Shown here one piece after another: positions 23,992 through 33,262 of a DNA stretch of 64,000 bases. Source of the DNA: Jatrophihabitans sp. (lineage in GTDB: Bacteria > Actinomycetota > Actinomycetes > Mycobacteriales > Jatrophihabitantaceae). The notes under the pieces are model-generated. The model saw only the letters and a program-made list of their open reading frames with translations, was not told the origin of the DNA and did not search any database. The number at the start of each line of letters is the position of its first letter. Positions within the stretch are counted from its first letter, which is position 1. The stretch spans positions 35,292 to 99,291 of the forward strand of contig NZ_DASVSG010000121.1 of the NCBI RefSeq assembly GCF_036388195.1, given 5' to 3'. Position numbers and translations under genes: made by a program.

Positions 23992-24462
23992 TCAGGGCTG
24001 ATACGGCGGCGCGACTCCCCAGCCCCACCGGGGCACCGGAGCCTGTGGCGGTGGCTGCGCGTTGGGCTGGGAGTTGGCCAGCGCCAGCCGCGTTGCCCAT
24101 TCGAGGTAGCCGACCAGCGCGGCCCGGAACTCCGGGTCGTCGGGAAGGCCCGCGTCATCGGCGGCCCGGCTCATGGTGGTGACGAAGCGCAGCCGCTGCT
24201 CGCCGGTGATGTCGAGGCCGCGATGGTGGGCGAGCATCCGCTCATACCCGCCGAGCCGCTCGGTATAGACGGCAGGGCCGCCGAACACCTCGGCCCACCA
24301 GCGGCTGACGTGTTCGCGATGGTCCTCGGTTACTCCACCAGGGAAGAACGGGCTCAGCAGCGCATCGGCTTCGACCCGGTCATAGAACTTGTCGATCAGC
24401 CGCCTGATCGCGACCTGCCCGCCGGCCCAGTCGAACAGCGTCGGCACAGCGCTGGCATCCAT
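23992..24462 (-). CDS. group II truncated hemoglobin
   Basis: PTLFDWAGG, FYDRV, EVFGGP..Y, AHH, LPDDPEFR. Confidence 0.88.
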   Translation of the reverse strand: MDASAVPTLFDWAGGQVAIRRLIDKFYDRVEADALLSPFFPGGVTEDHREHVSRWWAEVFGGPAVYTERLGGYERMLAHHRGLDITGEQRLRFVTTMSRAADDAGLPDDPEFRAALVGYLEWATRLALANSQPNAQPPPQAPVPRWGWGVAPPYQP

Positions 24463-24512
24463 CGAGCTCGCCTTCCCGTTCGGCACATCGTGGCACGGTA
24501 GGCAGGCGCTGG

Positions 24513-25964
24513 CTACTGGCCGCCCATCTCCGTGTCGCCGCTGCCGCTGCTCGGCTCGTTCTGCTTCAGCCATAGGGCGAAGTCCAGCGCCTCGCGGTTG
24601 TCCTTGGGCTTGCGCTGGGCGAGCTCGTCGGCCTTCAGCAGGTGCTGCAGGTTCGCGGTCACGCTGTAGAGACTCATCGTGATGCCGCCCGAGCGGAGCT
24701 GCGTCGTCGCCTTGTGGAAGTTGTCGCCCTTCTCGTACATGTTGGCGAACTGGATGTCGAAGTCGACGAAGATGTCGCGGAACTTCCAGTTGTAGAGCCG
24801 CTCCGCGCACCGCGTGCACGGGCTGTTGTTGATGCGCAGCAGGACGGTGTGGTTCCCGCGGAAGTCCTCGTGCCAGCCCTTCTCGACGATGAACTTGTCG
24901 ATGGCGCGCATGAAGCTGTCCTCGGCGTGCAGGTCCTCCTCGGTCAGGTTGGTGAACTTGAACGCATGGGTGTTGTCGATGATCACTTCGGCGAAGGTCT
25001 TGAAGTTGGAGACGAAGTAGTTGCGGGCCTCGTCCGTGCCGATGCCGGTCGTGCCGCCGTAGACGGTCGGCGCGGGTGAGTAGTTCTGGATGATCCAGCT
25101 CTTGATCCCCTGGTACGCCTGGGCGGGCGTCCACTTCGCCTTCAGGTTCACGATCGCGTCGAGCTGGGTGGTGATCACGGCGCCGTCGACGGTGGGGAAC
25201 TGCTCGGTCAGCCGGGCGAGCAACCCGGAGCGGTCGCGGGCGTAGGCATTCTCGCTGTCGACCTGCCAGGTGATGACCCGGCGCAGCGTCGAGCTGCCGG
25301 TGCGAGTTGCCTGCCGGCGCAGCGCATCGACCCCTCCGGGACCCGGTCGGGCCGCATCCGGCTGCGGGACCATGGCAGCCCGGCGGCGCAACGCTCCGAC
25401 GATCCGGTCCGCGGTGCGGTCGGCGGCGGCTTCGGCCGGGTCGTCGGCCCGTCCGACCGTGCCCGCCTGCTGCGAGGTTCCGGACTGGGCGACGTGGGCG
25501 AGCTCGTGGGCGAGCAGGTGCTGGCCGCCGGCGTCGTCCGGACGATAGCTGCCGGAGGCGAAGTAGACATCCGTGCCGTAGGTGAACGCGACCGACTGGA
25601 CGGACCGGGCGATGCGGTCGGCCTCGGGGTCGACGTGCACCCGCACGCCGGACAGGTCGTGGCCCAGCTCCGCGCCGATCGGCTCGCTGATCTGGGCGGG
25701 CAGCGGCTGGCCGGTGCCGCTGCGCCGGCGCAGCGCCGAGAGCACCTCGGGCGGGATGGCCCCGCCGCCGAGCGGATCATGCGGGTGCTCGGCGCTCGAC
25801 CGGGCCAGCAGCGGGCCGGCGGGCAGCGCCAGGCCGGGCAGCGGCACCGGGCACGGCTGGTCCTGCAGCGGCGCCGGCGAGTCGACCGGGTCCGAGTCGT
25901 GCTCGTCCGCGGCGTGCCGATCGGCGCGCTGGGACGCAGGCAGGACGCGGGTCGACATGGCCAC
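24513..25964 (-). CDS. DUF4157 (eCIS-core) protein with C-terminal Zn-dependent deaminase domain
   Basis: LSGVRVH, AFTYGTDVYF, LLAHELAHVAQ; C-terminal HAE...NNSPCTRC. Confidence 0.85.
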   Translation of the reverse strand: MAMSTRVLPASQRADRHAADEHDSDPVDSPAPLQDQPCPVPLPGLALPAGPLLARSSAEHPHDPLGGGAIPPEVLSALRRRSGTGQPLPAQISEPIGAELGHDLSGVRVHVDPEADRIARSVQSVAFTYGTDVYFASGSYRPDDAGGQHLLAHELAHVAQSGTSQQAGTVGRADDPAEAAADRTADRIVGALRRRAAMVPQPDAARPGPGGVDALRRQATRTGSSTLRRVITWQVDSENAYARDRSGLLARLTEQFPTVDGAVITTQLDAIVNLKAKWTPAQAYQGIKSWIIQNYSPAPTVYGGTTGIGTDEARNYFVSNFKTFAEVIIDNTHAFKFTNLTEEDLHAEDSFMRAIDKFIVEKGWHEDFRGNHTVLLRINNSPCTRCAERLYNWKFRDIFVDFDIQFANMYEKGDNFHKATTQLRSGGITMSLYSVTANLQHLLKADELAQRKPKDNREALDFALWLKQNEPSSGSGDTEMGGQ

Positions 25965-26000
25965 TCCAGCAATCGGGGTGGCTGCAGATTAACACCAGGC

Positions 26001-26663
26001 TCACGTCTGCGGCGGCTGTTGTCGGTTCCAGGGCTGGGCGAGCAGCAATGCGGCGATCATGCTGTCCACCAGGAAGCGGCTGTAGCGCGGCAGTGACCAG
26101 CCGCCTCTGAGTACCAGCAGGTCGTAGAGGTCGGGGGAGCTGTACGTCCAGAGGATGTCGGTCGCGCTGGCGAGGGTCACCCCGGCGCGGAGATGGACCC
26201 GAATCGCCTGGGCGTTGTGGCGCATCCGCGCGCGGCGCTGGGCGTCGGTCTCGGCGAGCAGCGCTGCCATGTCCGGATCGGTCGCCGCTGCTGACCGGAT
26301 GAGCAGCAGGATCGGCGCGACCATCGGCGTGACCTCAGCTGTCAGCTTCCCCCAGTTGGCGATGATCGCGCGTGGATCGGCCTCGCTGCTGCTCATCCGG
26401 TCGGAGCGCTCCGGCGCCGGGACCGGTCCCTGCCCAGCCAGTCCGCGTTGCCAGATGGCCGAGACCAGACCGGCCTTGCCGCCGAACGCCTTGTAGATCG
26501 TTTCCACCGACACGCCGGCATCGCCGGCGATGGCGGCGACGGTCGTGGCGGCGTATCCCTCTCGCAGGAACCGGCGTTGTGCCGCGTCCAGCACCACCGT
26601 GCGGTTACGGCGCGCCTGCTGCTGCCGCCGGCTGGAGTCATAGCGCCGCTTGACGTCCGTCAT
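26001..26663 (-). CDS. TetR-family regulator
   Basis: RRYDS.RR, GYAATTVAAIA..AGVSVETIY..FGGK. Confidence 0.92.
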   Translation of the reverse strand: MTDVKRRYDSSRRQQQARRNRTVVLDAAQRRFLREGYAATTVAAIAGDAGVSVETIYKAFGGKAGLVSAIWQRGLAGQGPVPAPERSDRMSSSEADPRAIIANWGKLTAEVTPMVAPILLLIRSAAATDPDMAALLAETDAQRRARMRHNAQAIRVHLRAGVTLASATDILWTYSSPDLYDLLVLRGGWSLPRYSRFLVDSMIAALLLAQPWNRQQPPQT

Positions 26664-26686
26664 GAACCCGTCCCATACTCATTTCA

Positions 26687-26704
26687 GTTACAGCTCACTG
26701 TAAC
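26687..26704. promoter_or_regulatory. palindromic operator in the divergent TetR promoter
   Basis: gttacag-ctca-ctgtaac. Confidence 0.65.
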
Positions 26705-26730
26705 AAATATGATCCAGGCGGGAGCCGTCG

Positions 26731-27162
26731 ATGGCAACGAGTCCGGTAGCAGTGGTTCAGCGGCTGGCGCAGGCGGCGAACGAGCACGACCTGGACGCCA
26801 TCGTCGACTGCTTCGCCGAGGGATACCTGAACCAGACACCGGCACATCCGGCGCGCGGCTTCGAGGGCAAGGAGCAGGTGCGCCGCAATTGGGCGCAGAT
26901 CTTGGCAGGCGTGCCCGACGTGACGGCCCGCGTCCTGGCCACCGCCGAGGACGCCGGCACCGTCTGGTCGGAGTGGCAGATGACCGGCACCCGGCCCGAC
27001 GGGTCCGCCCATGAGATGCGCGGAGTGATCATCTTCGGCGTCGACGGCGAGCTGATCAGCACCGCCAGGTTCTACCTCGAGCCGGTCGAGCGCCAGTCGG
27101 GCACCGTGGACGACGCGGTGCGCCGGGCCGTGACTCCACCAGCAGCGGGCCGGCCGGCATGA
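26731..27162 (+). CDS. SnoaL/NTF2-like protein
   Basis: ANEHDLDA..CF, HPARGFEG, WSEW..GT. Confidence 0.85.
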   Translation: MATSPVAVVQRLAQAANEHDLDAIVDCFAEGYLNQTPAHPARGFEGKEQVRRNWAQILAGVPDVTARVLATAEDAGTVWSEWQMTGTRPDGSAHEMRGVIIFGVDGELISTARFYLEPVERQSGTVDDAVRRAVTPPAAGRPA

Positions 27163-28049
27163 TCCTGGTCGCCGGTGGAACCGGCCTGCTCGGAAGCAAG
27201 GTGGTGGACCGGCTCGTCGCTGCCGGGCAACAGGTACGGGTGCTGACCCGGGATCGGCAGCGGGCGCGGCGTCTTCCGGCCGGAGTGGACATCGTGGAGG
27301 GTGACGTGCGCCGCGGGTCGATGACGGCCGCCGTTCAGGGCTGCGCGTGCGTGGTCTCGGCCGTGCACGGATTCGCCGGGCAGGGCCGGACCAGTCCTGA
27401 GGCCGTCGATCGGGCAGGCAATCAGAACCTGATCGCGGCGGCCACCGCGGCGGGGGTGTCCCGCTTCGTGCTCGTCTCGGTGGCCGGCGCCGCACCGGAC
27501 CATCCGATGTCGCTGCACCGGATGAAGTACGCCGCCGAGCAGCAGTTGCAGGCTGCCCCCTTGACCGGCCTGATCGTCCGGCCGACTGCCTTCCTGCAGA
27601 CTTGGCTAACCATCATCGGCGGCAAGCTCGCGAGCGGCGGTCCGGCACTGGTCCTGGGCCCAGGCCGCAATCCGATCAACTTCGTTGCAGCCGAGGACGT
27701 GGCCGCGTTCGTCTGCCTCGCCGTGGGTGGCGACCCCCGCATCGGCCCGCAGATCACGGTCGGTGGTGGTGAGAACCTGACCTTCACCGATATCGCGGAG
27801 CGGCTGCTGGCCGATGCCGGACGCAGCGGTCCGATCAAGCACGTACCGCTGGGTGCGCTCAGGGCCATGTCGCTGCTGGCCCGACCGGTTCGGCCCAGCT
27901 TCGCCCGGCAGGCCGCCGCCGCGGTGGTGATGAACACGATCGATATGAGCTTCGACCCGCTGCCGCTCCGGGAACGTTTTCCCGACGTCCCCGCGTTGAG
28001 CATCGACGACGTGCTCCGGACGGCCCGCGTCAGCACCGGCTTGGCATGA
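27159..28049 (+). CDS. NmrA/atypical SDR NAD(P)-binding oxidoreductase
   Basis: ILVAGGTGLLG, K..AE..L, IVRP. Confidence 0.85.
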   Translation: MILVAGGTGLLGSKVVDRLVAAGQQVRVLTRDRQRARRLPAGVDIVEGDVRRGSMTAAVQGCACVVSAVHGFAGQGRTSPEAVDRAGNQNLIAAATAAGVSRFVLVSVAGAAPDHPMSLHRMKYAAEQQLQAAPLTGLIVRPTAFLQTWLTIIGGKLASGGPALVLGPGRNPINFVAAEDVAAFVCLAVGGDPRIGPQITVGGGENLTFTDIAERLLADAGRSGPIKHVPLGALRAMSLLARPVRPSFARQAAAAVVMNTIDMSFDPLPLRERFPDVPALSIDDVLRTARVSTGLA

Positions 28050-28282
28050 GGTACGCCACCGCGCCCGGGAAGATCGTCGCGACGTCGCAGCTGGCGCTGC
28101 CCGAAGAGGCGTGCGCCGCGGTGTACGCGACCCCGGGCTACGAGCAGAGCGTGCAGAACCTGGCGCGAATCGCGCTGACCTCGGACATGGTGTTCGGCAA
28201 CGACGGCGGCATCCACCAGCTGGCGACGATGAGTGGCTCGGCGTCCGGCGGGTACACCGCCTCGTTGACGGTGGCCGTCTGA
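28046..28282 (+). pseudogene. C-terminal remnant of an intradiol ring-cleavage dioxygenase-like protein
   Basis: TSQLALPEEAC..VY...GYEQSV.NL....L.SDMVFG...GS...GY.ASL.V.V resembles the tail of that actinobacterial family; catalytic part absent. Confidence 0.6.
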
Positions 28283-28331
28283 GCCGTCGCGCAGCTGGGT
28301 GGCGATACGCCCTGGTTGCAGCCGATTGGAT

Positions 28332-29108
28332 ATGAGCGCGCCCGCAATCGCGGCACTCCGAGCTGCTCAGGAAGTGCCCGGCCGGGACGATGATGCGGGA
28401 GTGAGCGCGTTCCATGCCGCCGACGGCCCGACCCAGGCGGAGCTGTCGCGGCTGGCTGCCCTGCACACCCTCAAGGTCCTGGACCAGCCGCGCAGCCACC
28501 AGCTGGACACCCTCGCCCGGCTGGCCGCGTTCGTCTGCGGCACCCCGACGGCGGCGGTGAACCTGATCGATGCGGATCGGCAGGTGGCGCTGGTGCTGCA
28601 GCTGCGTGACGACGCCGCCCGGCTCGGCCACGCCGCCACCCGGCACCACCTCACCGGCCTTCCGAACCGCGCGCTGTTCGAGCACGTCCTGGCGCTGGCG
28701 CTGGCCAAGCACAAGCGCGGCTCGGCGGCGCCCACCGTGCTCTTCCTCGACCTCGACCGGTTCAAGGCGGTCAACGACACGCACGGCCACGCGGTCGGCG
28801 ACGAGCTGCTCCGCGTCGTCGCGCTACGGCTGCTGGAGACGGTGCGGGCCACCGACCTGCTCGCCCGGCTGTCCGGCGACGAGCTGGTCATCCTGGCCGA
28901 GTCGGCCGACGGCGCCGGGCTCGATGCGCTGCTCGCCCGGCTGCGGGACGTCTTCGCCCCGCCCTTCGAGCTGAGCTGCGGCCCGCTGCCGGTCAGCGCC
29001 TCCCTCGGCCACGCCACGGCCGTCCCGGACGACACCCCGGCAAGCCTGCTGGCCCGCGCGGACGCCGCGATGTACCAGGCCAAGCGGTCCGGCGCGCCAC
29101 TGCCCTGA
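28332..29108 (+). CDS. degenerate GAF-GGDEF protein (GAF internally deleted)
   Basis: RLAAL....VLD GAF start; LTGLPNR, DLDRFKAVND..GH..GD, RLSGDEL, ADAAMY.AK. Confidence 0.75.
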   Translation: MSAPAIAALRAAQEVPGRDDDAGVSAFHAADGPTQAELSRLAALHTLKVLDQPRSHQLDTLARLAAFVCGTPTAAVNLIDADRQVALVLQLRDDAARLGHAATRHHLTGLPNRALFEHVLALALAKHKRGSAAPTVLFLDLDRFKAVNDTHGHAVGDELLRVVALRLLETVRATDLLARLSGDELVILAESADGAGLDALLARLRDVFAPPFELSCGPLPVSASLGHATAVPDDTPASLLARADAAMYQAKRSGAPLP

Positions 29109-29135
29109 GCACCGGCTTGCGACCAGGGCCGCGGG

Positions 29136-29468
29136 TCAGGCGGGTGGCACGCAACTCCGGTCGAGCGGCCAGCCGAGGGTGAACACGGCTGACGGCCCGG
29201 TGGCCGCGGTGAAGCCGCCATCCGCTTCCTGGGTGATGTGCCAGACCCGGACATCCTTGCCGTCGGACGCGCCGTCCTTCTCATGGAAGCGGACCCAGTC
29301 GCCATGGGCCGCGCCGACCCCGCTGACCACCATCGTCTGAGTTCCGGTCGAGAGGGTGAACTCGGACTCGCCCTCGAAGTCGCCCAGCGCGCTCGGAACC
29401 CGGCCCCGGCACGCCACGACGTGGTAGGGACGTCCGGAGGCGACCGGCCTCACGGCAAAGTACGGCAT
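29136..29468 (-). CDS. hypothetical protein
   Basis: ORF with normal globular composition; no motif recognised. Confidence 0.5.
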   Translation of the reverse strand: MPYFAVRPVASGRPYHVVACRGRVPSALGDFEGESEFTLSTGTQTMVVSGVGAAHGDWVRFHEKDGASDGKDVRVWHITQEADGGFTAATGPSAVFTLGWPLDRSCVPPA

Positions 29469-29503
29469 GCGGTACACAGCCGCGCTCGCTCGCCGGTAGC
29501 CGC

Positions 29504-29659
29504 TCAGTACCAGTGCCGCCGGCCGCCGACCTCGCGGCCGGCAGCGCCGAGCACCGCGAGGATCAGGCCGATGATGACCAGGATGATGCCCAGCGTCCAC
29601 AGGATCGAGATGCCGGTGACAAAGCCGATGATGAGCAGGATGATGCCCAGGACGATCAT
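29504..29659 (-). CDS. DUF6131-like small membrane protein
   Basis: MIVLGIILLIIG...ILWTLGIIL...VGGRRHWY; GGGAG RBS. Confidence 0.8.
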   Translation of the reverse strand: MIVLGIILLIIGFVTGISILWTLGIILVIIGLILAVLGAAGREVGGRRHWY

Positions 29660-29725
29660 GATCGTCTCCCTACGGTGGGTGATGCGGCGCCAGTGTCGGC
29701 CCGCGTTCCAGCACTTCCACTGGAC

Positions 29726-29758
29726 CACCCCTAGGGTCGGTGCGGTACACCCCTAGGG
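29726..29758. promoter_or_regulatory. paired CACCCCTAGGG boxes in a divergent promoter
   Basis: identical 11-mers at 29726 and 29748 (22-bp period), each with a CCCTAGGG palindrome. Confidence 0.5.
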
Positions 29759-29764
29759 AGGTTT

Positions 29765-30454
29765 ATGGTCCCAGTCATGACCGTGAGCCCGCCTACCACG
29801 ACATCAGCGATCACCGTGGCGCTGGTCGATGACTACGACGTGGTGCTGCTGGGCGTCGCGCAGATGTTCCAGCAATACGCCGACCGGATCACGATCGCGG
29901 AGATCGACTCGAACGAGGCTGTCACCGACACCGTCGACATCGCGCTGTATGACTCCTTCGCCCAGCCCGAGTCCGACCATGACGAGATAGCCGTCCTGAT
30001 CAACAACCCCCGGGCCCGGCGGGTCGTGGTCTACACCTGGAACTTCCATCCCGATCTGATCGCCAGCGCCTGCGAGCAAGGAGTGCACGGGTATCTCTCG
30101 AAGACCCTGCCTGCTCGCGATCTGGTCGCGGCGCTGGAAGCCGTGCATGCCGGCGAGGTGGTCATCAGCGATCCGCCGCAGCGGGCGCGCAGCGCACCGG
30201 GCCTGGACTGGCCGGGCCGGCGCGAAGGGCTGACCGACCGGGAAGCCGAGATTCTCGCGCTGATCACCCAGGGCAAGAGCAACTCCGATGTGGCAAGGCT
30301 GACCTACCTCAGCCCGAACACCGTGAAGTCCTACATCCGCACCATCTACCGCAAGATCGGTGTTGCCAGCCGGACCCAGGCCGTCCTCTGGGGTGTCCAG
30401 CACGGTTTCACGCCCGACCGGCACCGCATCGAGCACTGGCGCGGCGGGCCCTGA
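29765..30454 (+). CDS. NarL/LuxR-family response regulator (orphan)
   Basis: VALVDD receiver, GLTDREAEIL...GKSN..VA...LSPNTVKSY HTH. Confidence 0.92.
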   Translation: MVPVMTVSPPTTTSAITVALVDDYDVVLLGVAQMFQQYADRITIAEIDSNEAVTDTVDIALYDSFAQPESDHDEIAVLINNPRARRVVVYTWNFHPDLIASACEQGVHGYLSKTLPARDLVAALEAVHAGEVVISDPPQRARSAPGLDWPGRREGLTDREAEILALITQGKSNSDVARLTYLSPNTVKSYIRTIYRKIGVASRTQAVLWGVQHGFTPDRHRIEHWRGGP

Positions 30455-30639
30455 CACCGCAGCCCGCCGGTTGGCAGCGGCCAGCTCGACAGGCAAGCGC
30501 GGAAAAGCAGGCCAGCCGGATCAGCCCGCCGGCAATTCATGGGCAGCAGGTGTCGGCCGGATGCAACCATTGCCCCGGCCAGGCGTCTTTGGAGGTAGCA
30601 CCACGTATGGGGTGGTGCGCCGAGCCGGGGACGGTGGCC

Positions 30640-31188
30640 ATGAGGACGACGATGGTGCGCAACGAGGATGTGCCGGAGCTCTCGCCGATGGCCGATGCCG
30701 ATTCGGCGGTGGCCGCGCTGTTCCAGTCCCATCGGCTGGCGATGGTGCGGTTTGCGGTACTGCTCGTCGACGATGTCGAGACCGGCGAGGACGTGGTGCA
30801 GGAGGCCTACGCGGCCCTGCACCGGCGCTGGCCGGCGCTGGCTGACCGCGACGCCGCGGTCGGTTACCTGCGCACCTGCGTGCTGAACGGCTCGCGCTCG
30901 GTGCTGCGACGCCGGCGCACGGTCCGCCGCAATCCCTATCCGGATGCCGACAGCCTGACGGTGGAGGGCGCCGACGGGGGGGTGCTGCTGGCCGAGGAGC
31001 ACCGCGAGGTGATCGCGGCGCTGCAACGGCTGCCCCGCCGGCAACGCGAGGTGATCGTGTTGCGCTACTGGTCCGAGCTTTCCGAAGCCGAGGTCGCGGC
31101 CACGCTGGGCATCTCGCTCGGCGCCGTCAAATCCAACGCATTCCACGGTCGCCACGCGATCGCCGCAGCACTGGGAGGTGCCGAATGA
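30640..31188 (+). CDS. ECF sigma factor (SigE-like)
   Basis: EDVVQEAY, YLRTCVLN, LPRRQREVIVLRYW. Confidence 0.9.
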   Translation: MRTTMVRNEDVPELSPMADADSAVAALFQSHRLAMVRFAVLLVDDVETGEDVVQEAYAALHRRWPALADRDAAVGYLRTCVLNGSRSVLRRRRTVRRNPYPDADSLTVEGADGGVLLAEEHREVIAALQRLPRRQREVIVLRYWSELSEAEVAATLGISLGAVKSNAFHGRHAIAAALGGAE

Positions 31189-32261
31189 ACACCGTCGACG
31201 ACCGGATCGCAGCCGCTCTGCGGGCCCGGGCCGAGGCGCTGACCGAGGCCGACCTGTCACCGGCCTCGCCGCCCGTCGGCCGCCGCTGGGTACAGGCCGC
31301 TCGTGTCCGGTGGACCGCTCCGCTGCTGGCCGCTGCCATCGTCGGGATCGTGGCCGCTGCCACCGTCACCGCGGTGCAGCTGAGCCGCTCAGACCGCGCC
31401 AATCCGGCAACCACGCCGACGGTGTCGGTTCCCCCCTCGCCCAGCGGGGTGGCGCCGGCACCGTCGGCATCTACTTCGGCGCCGTCGCAGTCGCAGTCGC
31501 CGTCGCCGTCGCCGTCGCAGCCACAGTCGCAGTCACCGTCGCAGACGCAGCGGCCTACGGAGAGCCGTCCCGCGTCCTCGCAGTCGGCGACCCAGACCCC
31601 GTCCGCAACGGGGGCCGCCCCGTCAGCGTCCCCGTCACCGACCGGCACGCCGTCGCAGGCGCCCCCGCCGGTGTACGAGCGCTACCAGCCGCTGTGGCCG
31701 TTCGGCAGCTACGCCGAGGCCGAGCAGTGGCGCACCGAGGGTGGCGGATCGCAGCCGTGGCACCTCGACCCCGAGCAGACCGCGCTGGACTTCACCCGCT
31801 CCTATCTGGGGTTCACCGAGATCGACCAGGTGACCGGGACGTTCTTCGATGACCTGGGCGCCCACATCGGCGTCGGTTACCGCGATCCCGACGGCGTCTC
31901 GCACACCGCGGCCACGCTGCACCTGGTCCAGTACGGCACCGCCAGCGACTCGCCGTGGGAGGTGGTCGGCAGCGACGACACGACGTTCACGCTGGAGCAG
32001 CCGGCCTACGGATCGCAAGTGAGTTCGCCGATGACCGTCGGCGGCCACATCACCGGGGTGGACGAGAACATCGTGGTGTCGGTGCTGGCCAGCCAGACCG
32101 ACCGCGCCACGCTGGCCCAGGTACCTGCTGGTGGCGACGGCGCGGCATGGACCACGGGGGAGGTTTCCTTCGAACAGCGCGGGGTGTTGACCATCGTCGC
32201 CAGCACCGGCGGTCACCTGCAGCAGGTGGAGCGGTTCGCCATCCAGGGCGTGCACACCTGA
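31185..32261 (+). CDS. membrane-anchored putative anti-sigma factor with Ser/Pro linker and Ig-like (Gmad2-like) domain
   Basis: ATGA-coupled to the sigma gene, single TM, QPLWPF...QPWHLDP. Confidence 0.7.
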   Translation: MNTVDDRIAAALRARAEALTEADLSPASPPVGRRWVQAARVRWTAPLLAAAIVGIVAAATVTAVQLSRSDRANPATTPTVSVPPSPSGVAPAPSASTSAPSQSQSPSPSPSQPQSQSPSQTQRPTESRPASSQSATQTPSATGAAPSASPSPTGTPSQAPPPVYERYQPLWPFGSYAEAEQWRTEGGGSQPWHLDPEQTALDFTRSYLGFTEIDQVTGTFFDDLGAHIGVGYRDPDGVSHTAATLHLVQYGTASDSPWEVVGSDDTTFTLEQPAYGSQVSSPMTVGGHITGVDENIVVSVLASQTDRATLAQVPAGGDGAAWTTGEVSFEQRGVLTIVASTGGHLQQVERFAIQGVHT

Positions 32262-32332
32262 ACCGGGCCCACGGGGGGTCAGCGCCGGATCTGCAGGGGC
32301 CTGCCGGCACCGCGGGTCCGGCGCTGCGCCGT

Positions 32333-32393
32333 GTGTCCTAGCGCGGCGCGCGATGGGTGGCCCGTGTCCTAGCGCGGCGTGCGATGGGTGGCC
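32333..32393. repeat. 30-bp direct repeat duplicating the 3' end of the adjacent gene
   Basis: gtgtcctagcgcggcg(c/t)gcgatgggtggcc at 32333 and 32364. Confidence 0.85.
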
Positions 32394-33262
32394 AGCATCG
32401 CCTCCAGGTCGCTGAGCTCGGCGCGCAGCTGTTCGGCCCGCTGCTCAGCCTGCAGCCGGGCGGTCTCGTTGATCTCGGCCACCGCCTCGGACAAGGCCGG
32501 CTGGTCGAGCAGCTCGGCGACCGCGGTCACCACCCCCGGCGCGACCGGGACGCCCTTGGCGATCGACCGGGCGCCGCGGCTGGCGCTGACCGACCAGGAC
32601 GCCCCGGTCGAGCTGATCGTCACGCTGATCGCCGGGGCGGTCGGAGCCTTGCGACGGCGACCGGCCGTGGCTTGGCTGGCCGGGGCTGACTGGGTCGCCG
32701 GGGCCGCTGCTGGCGTTGCCGAACCTGCTGCCTGCGAACTGGCCGGGCCGGTAGCGGCTGCGTTCGGCACGGCGGCCGGTGACTCGCCGCCTTCACCAGG
32801 CGGTGGAGTCGGCGGCTTCGCGGCTGGCGAGTCGGATGCCGCCGGCTTCGCGGCTGGCGAGTTGGATGCGGCCGGTTTGGCGGTCCGGGTACCACCGCTG
32901 GGTGACCCGTCCCGAGCCGACCCGGCCCGAGCAGACCCGGCCCGAGCAGACCCGGCCCGAGCAGACCCAGCGCGTGCCGACCCGGCCCGAGCAGACCCAG
33001 CAGCTGGCCCCCTGCCGATACTCAGCTCGCCGGGCGCGAAGGCCAGCTCGTCGGCGACGCCGTTGACCTTGACCCGGACGGTCAGGAAGTCGGCCCCGTC
33101 CACGGCCGGGTCACCGATCCGGACGACAGAGCCGGAGGCGCCCGTCTCGAACTGCGGCCCGGACAGCGCCACCCGCGGCCGCCGGCCCGCGTCGAGCTGG
33201 CTGCGCAGCCGGGCCACGTCCTCCTCGGTCAAGCCGCTGGCCTTCTTGCGCCGTGGTGGCAT
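32369..33262 (-). CDS. DUF6319-like protein with low-complexity linker
   Basis: AGGAGG RBS before MPPRRKK; conserved-looking N- and C-terminal blocks. Confidence 0.7.
   Translation of the reverse strand: MPPRRKKASGLTEEDVARLRSQLDAGRRPRVALSGPQFETGASGSVVRIGDPAVDGADFLTVRVKVNGVADELAFAPGELSIGRGPAAGSARAGSARAGSARAGSARAGSARAGSARDGSPSGGTRTAKPAASNSPAAKPAASDSPAAKPPTPPPGEGGESPAAVPNAAATGPASSQAAGSATPAAAPATQSAPASQATAGRRRKAPTAPAISVTISSTGASWSVSASRGARSIAKGVPVAPGVVTAVAELLDQPALSEAVAEINETARLQAEQRAEQLRAELSDLEAMLATHRTPR
32911..33000. repeat. 15-bp tandem repeat x6 (GSARA)n
   Basis: cccgagcagacccgg units. Confidence 0.9.
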
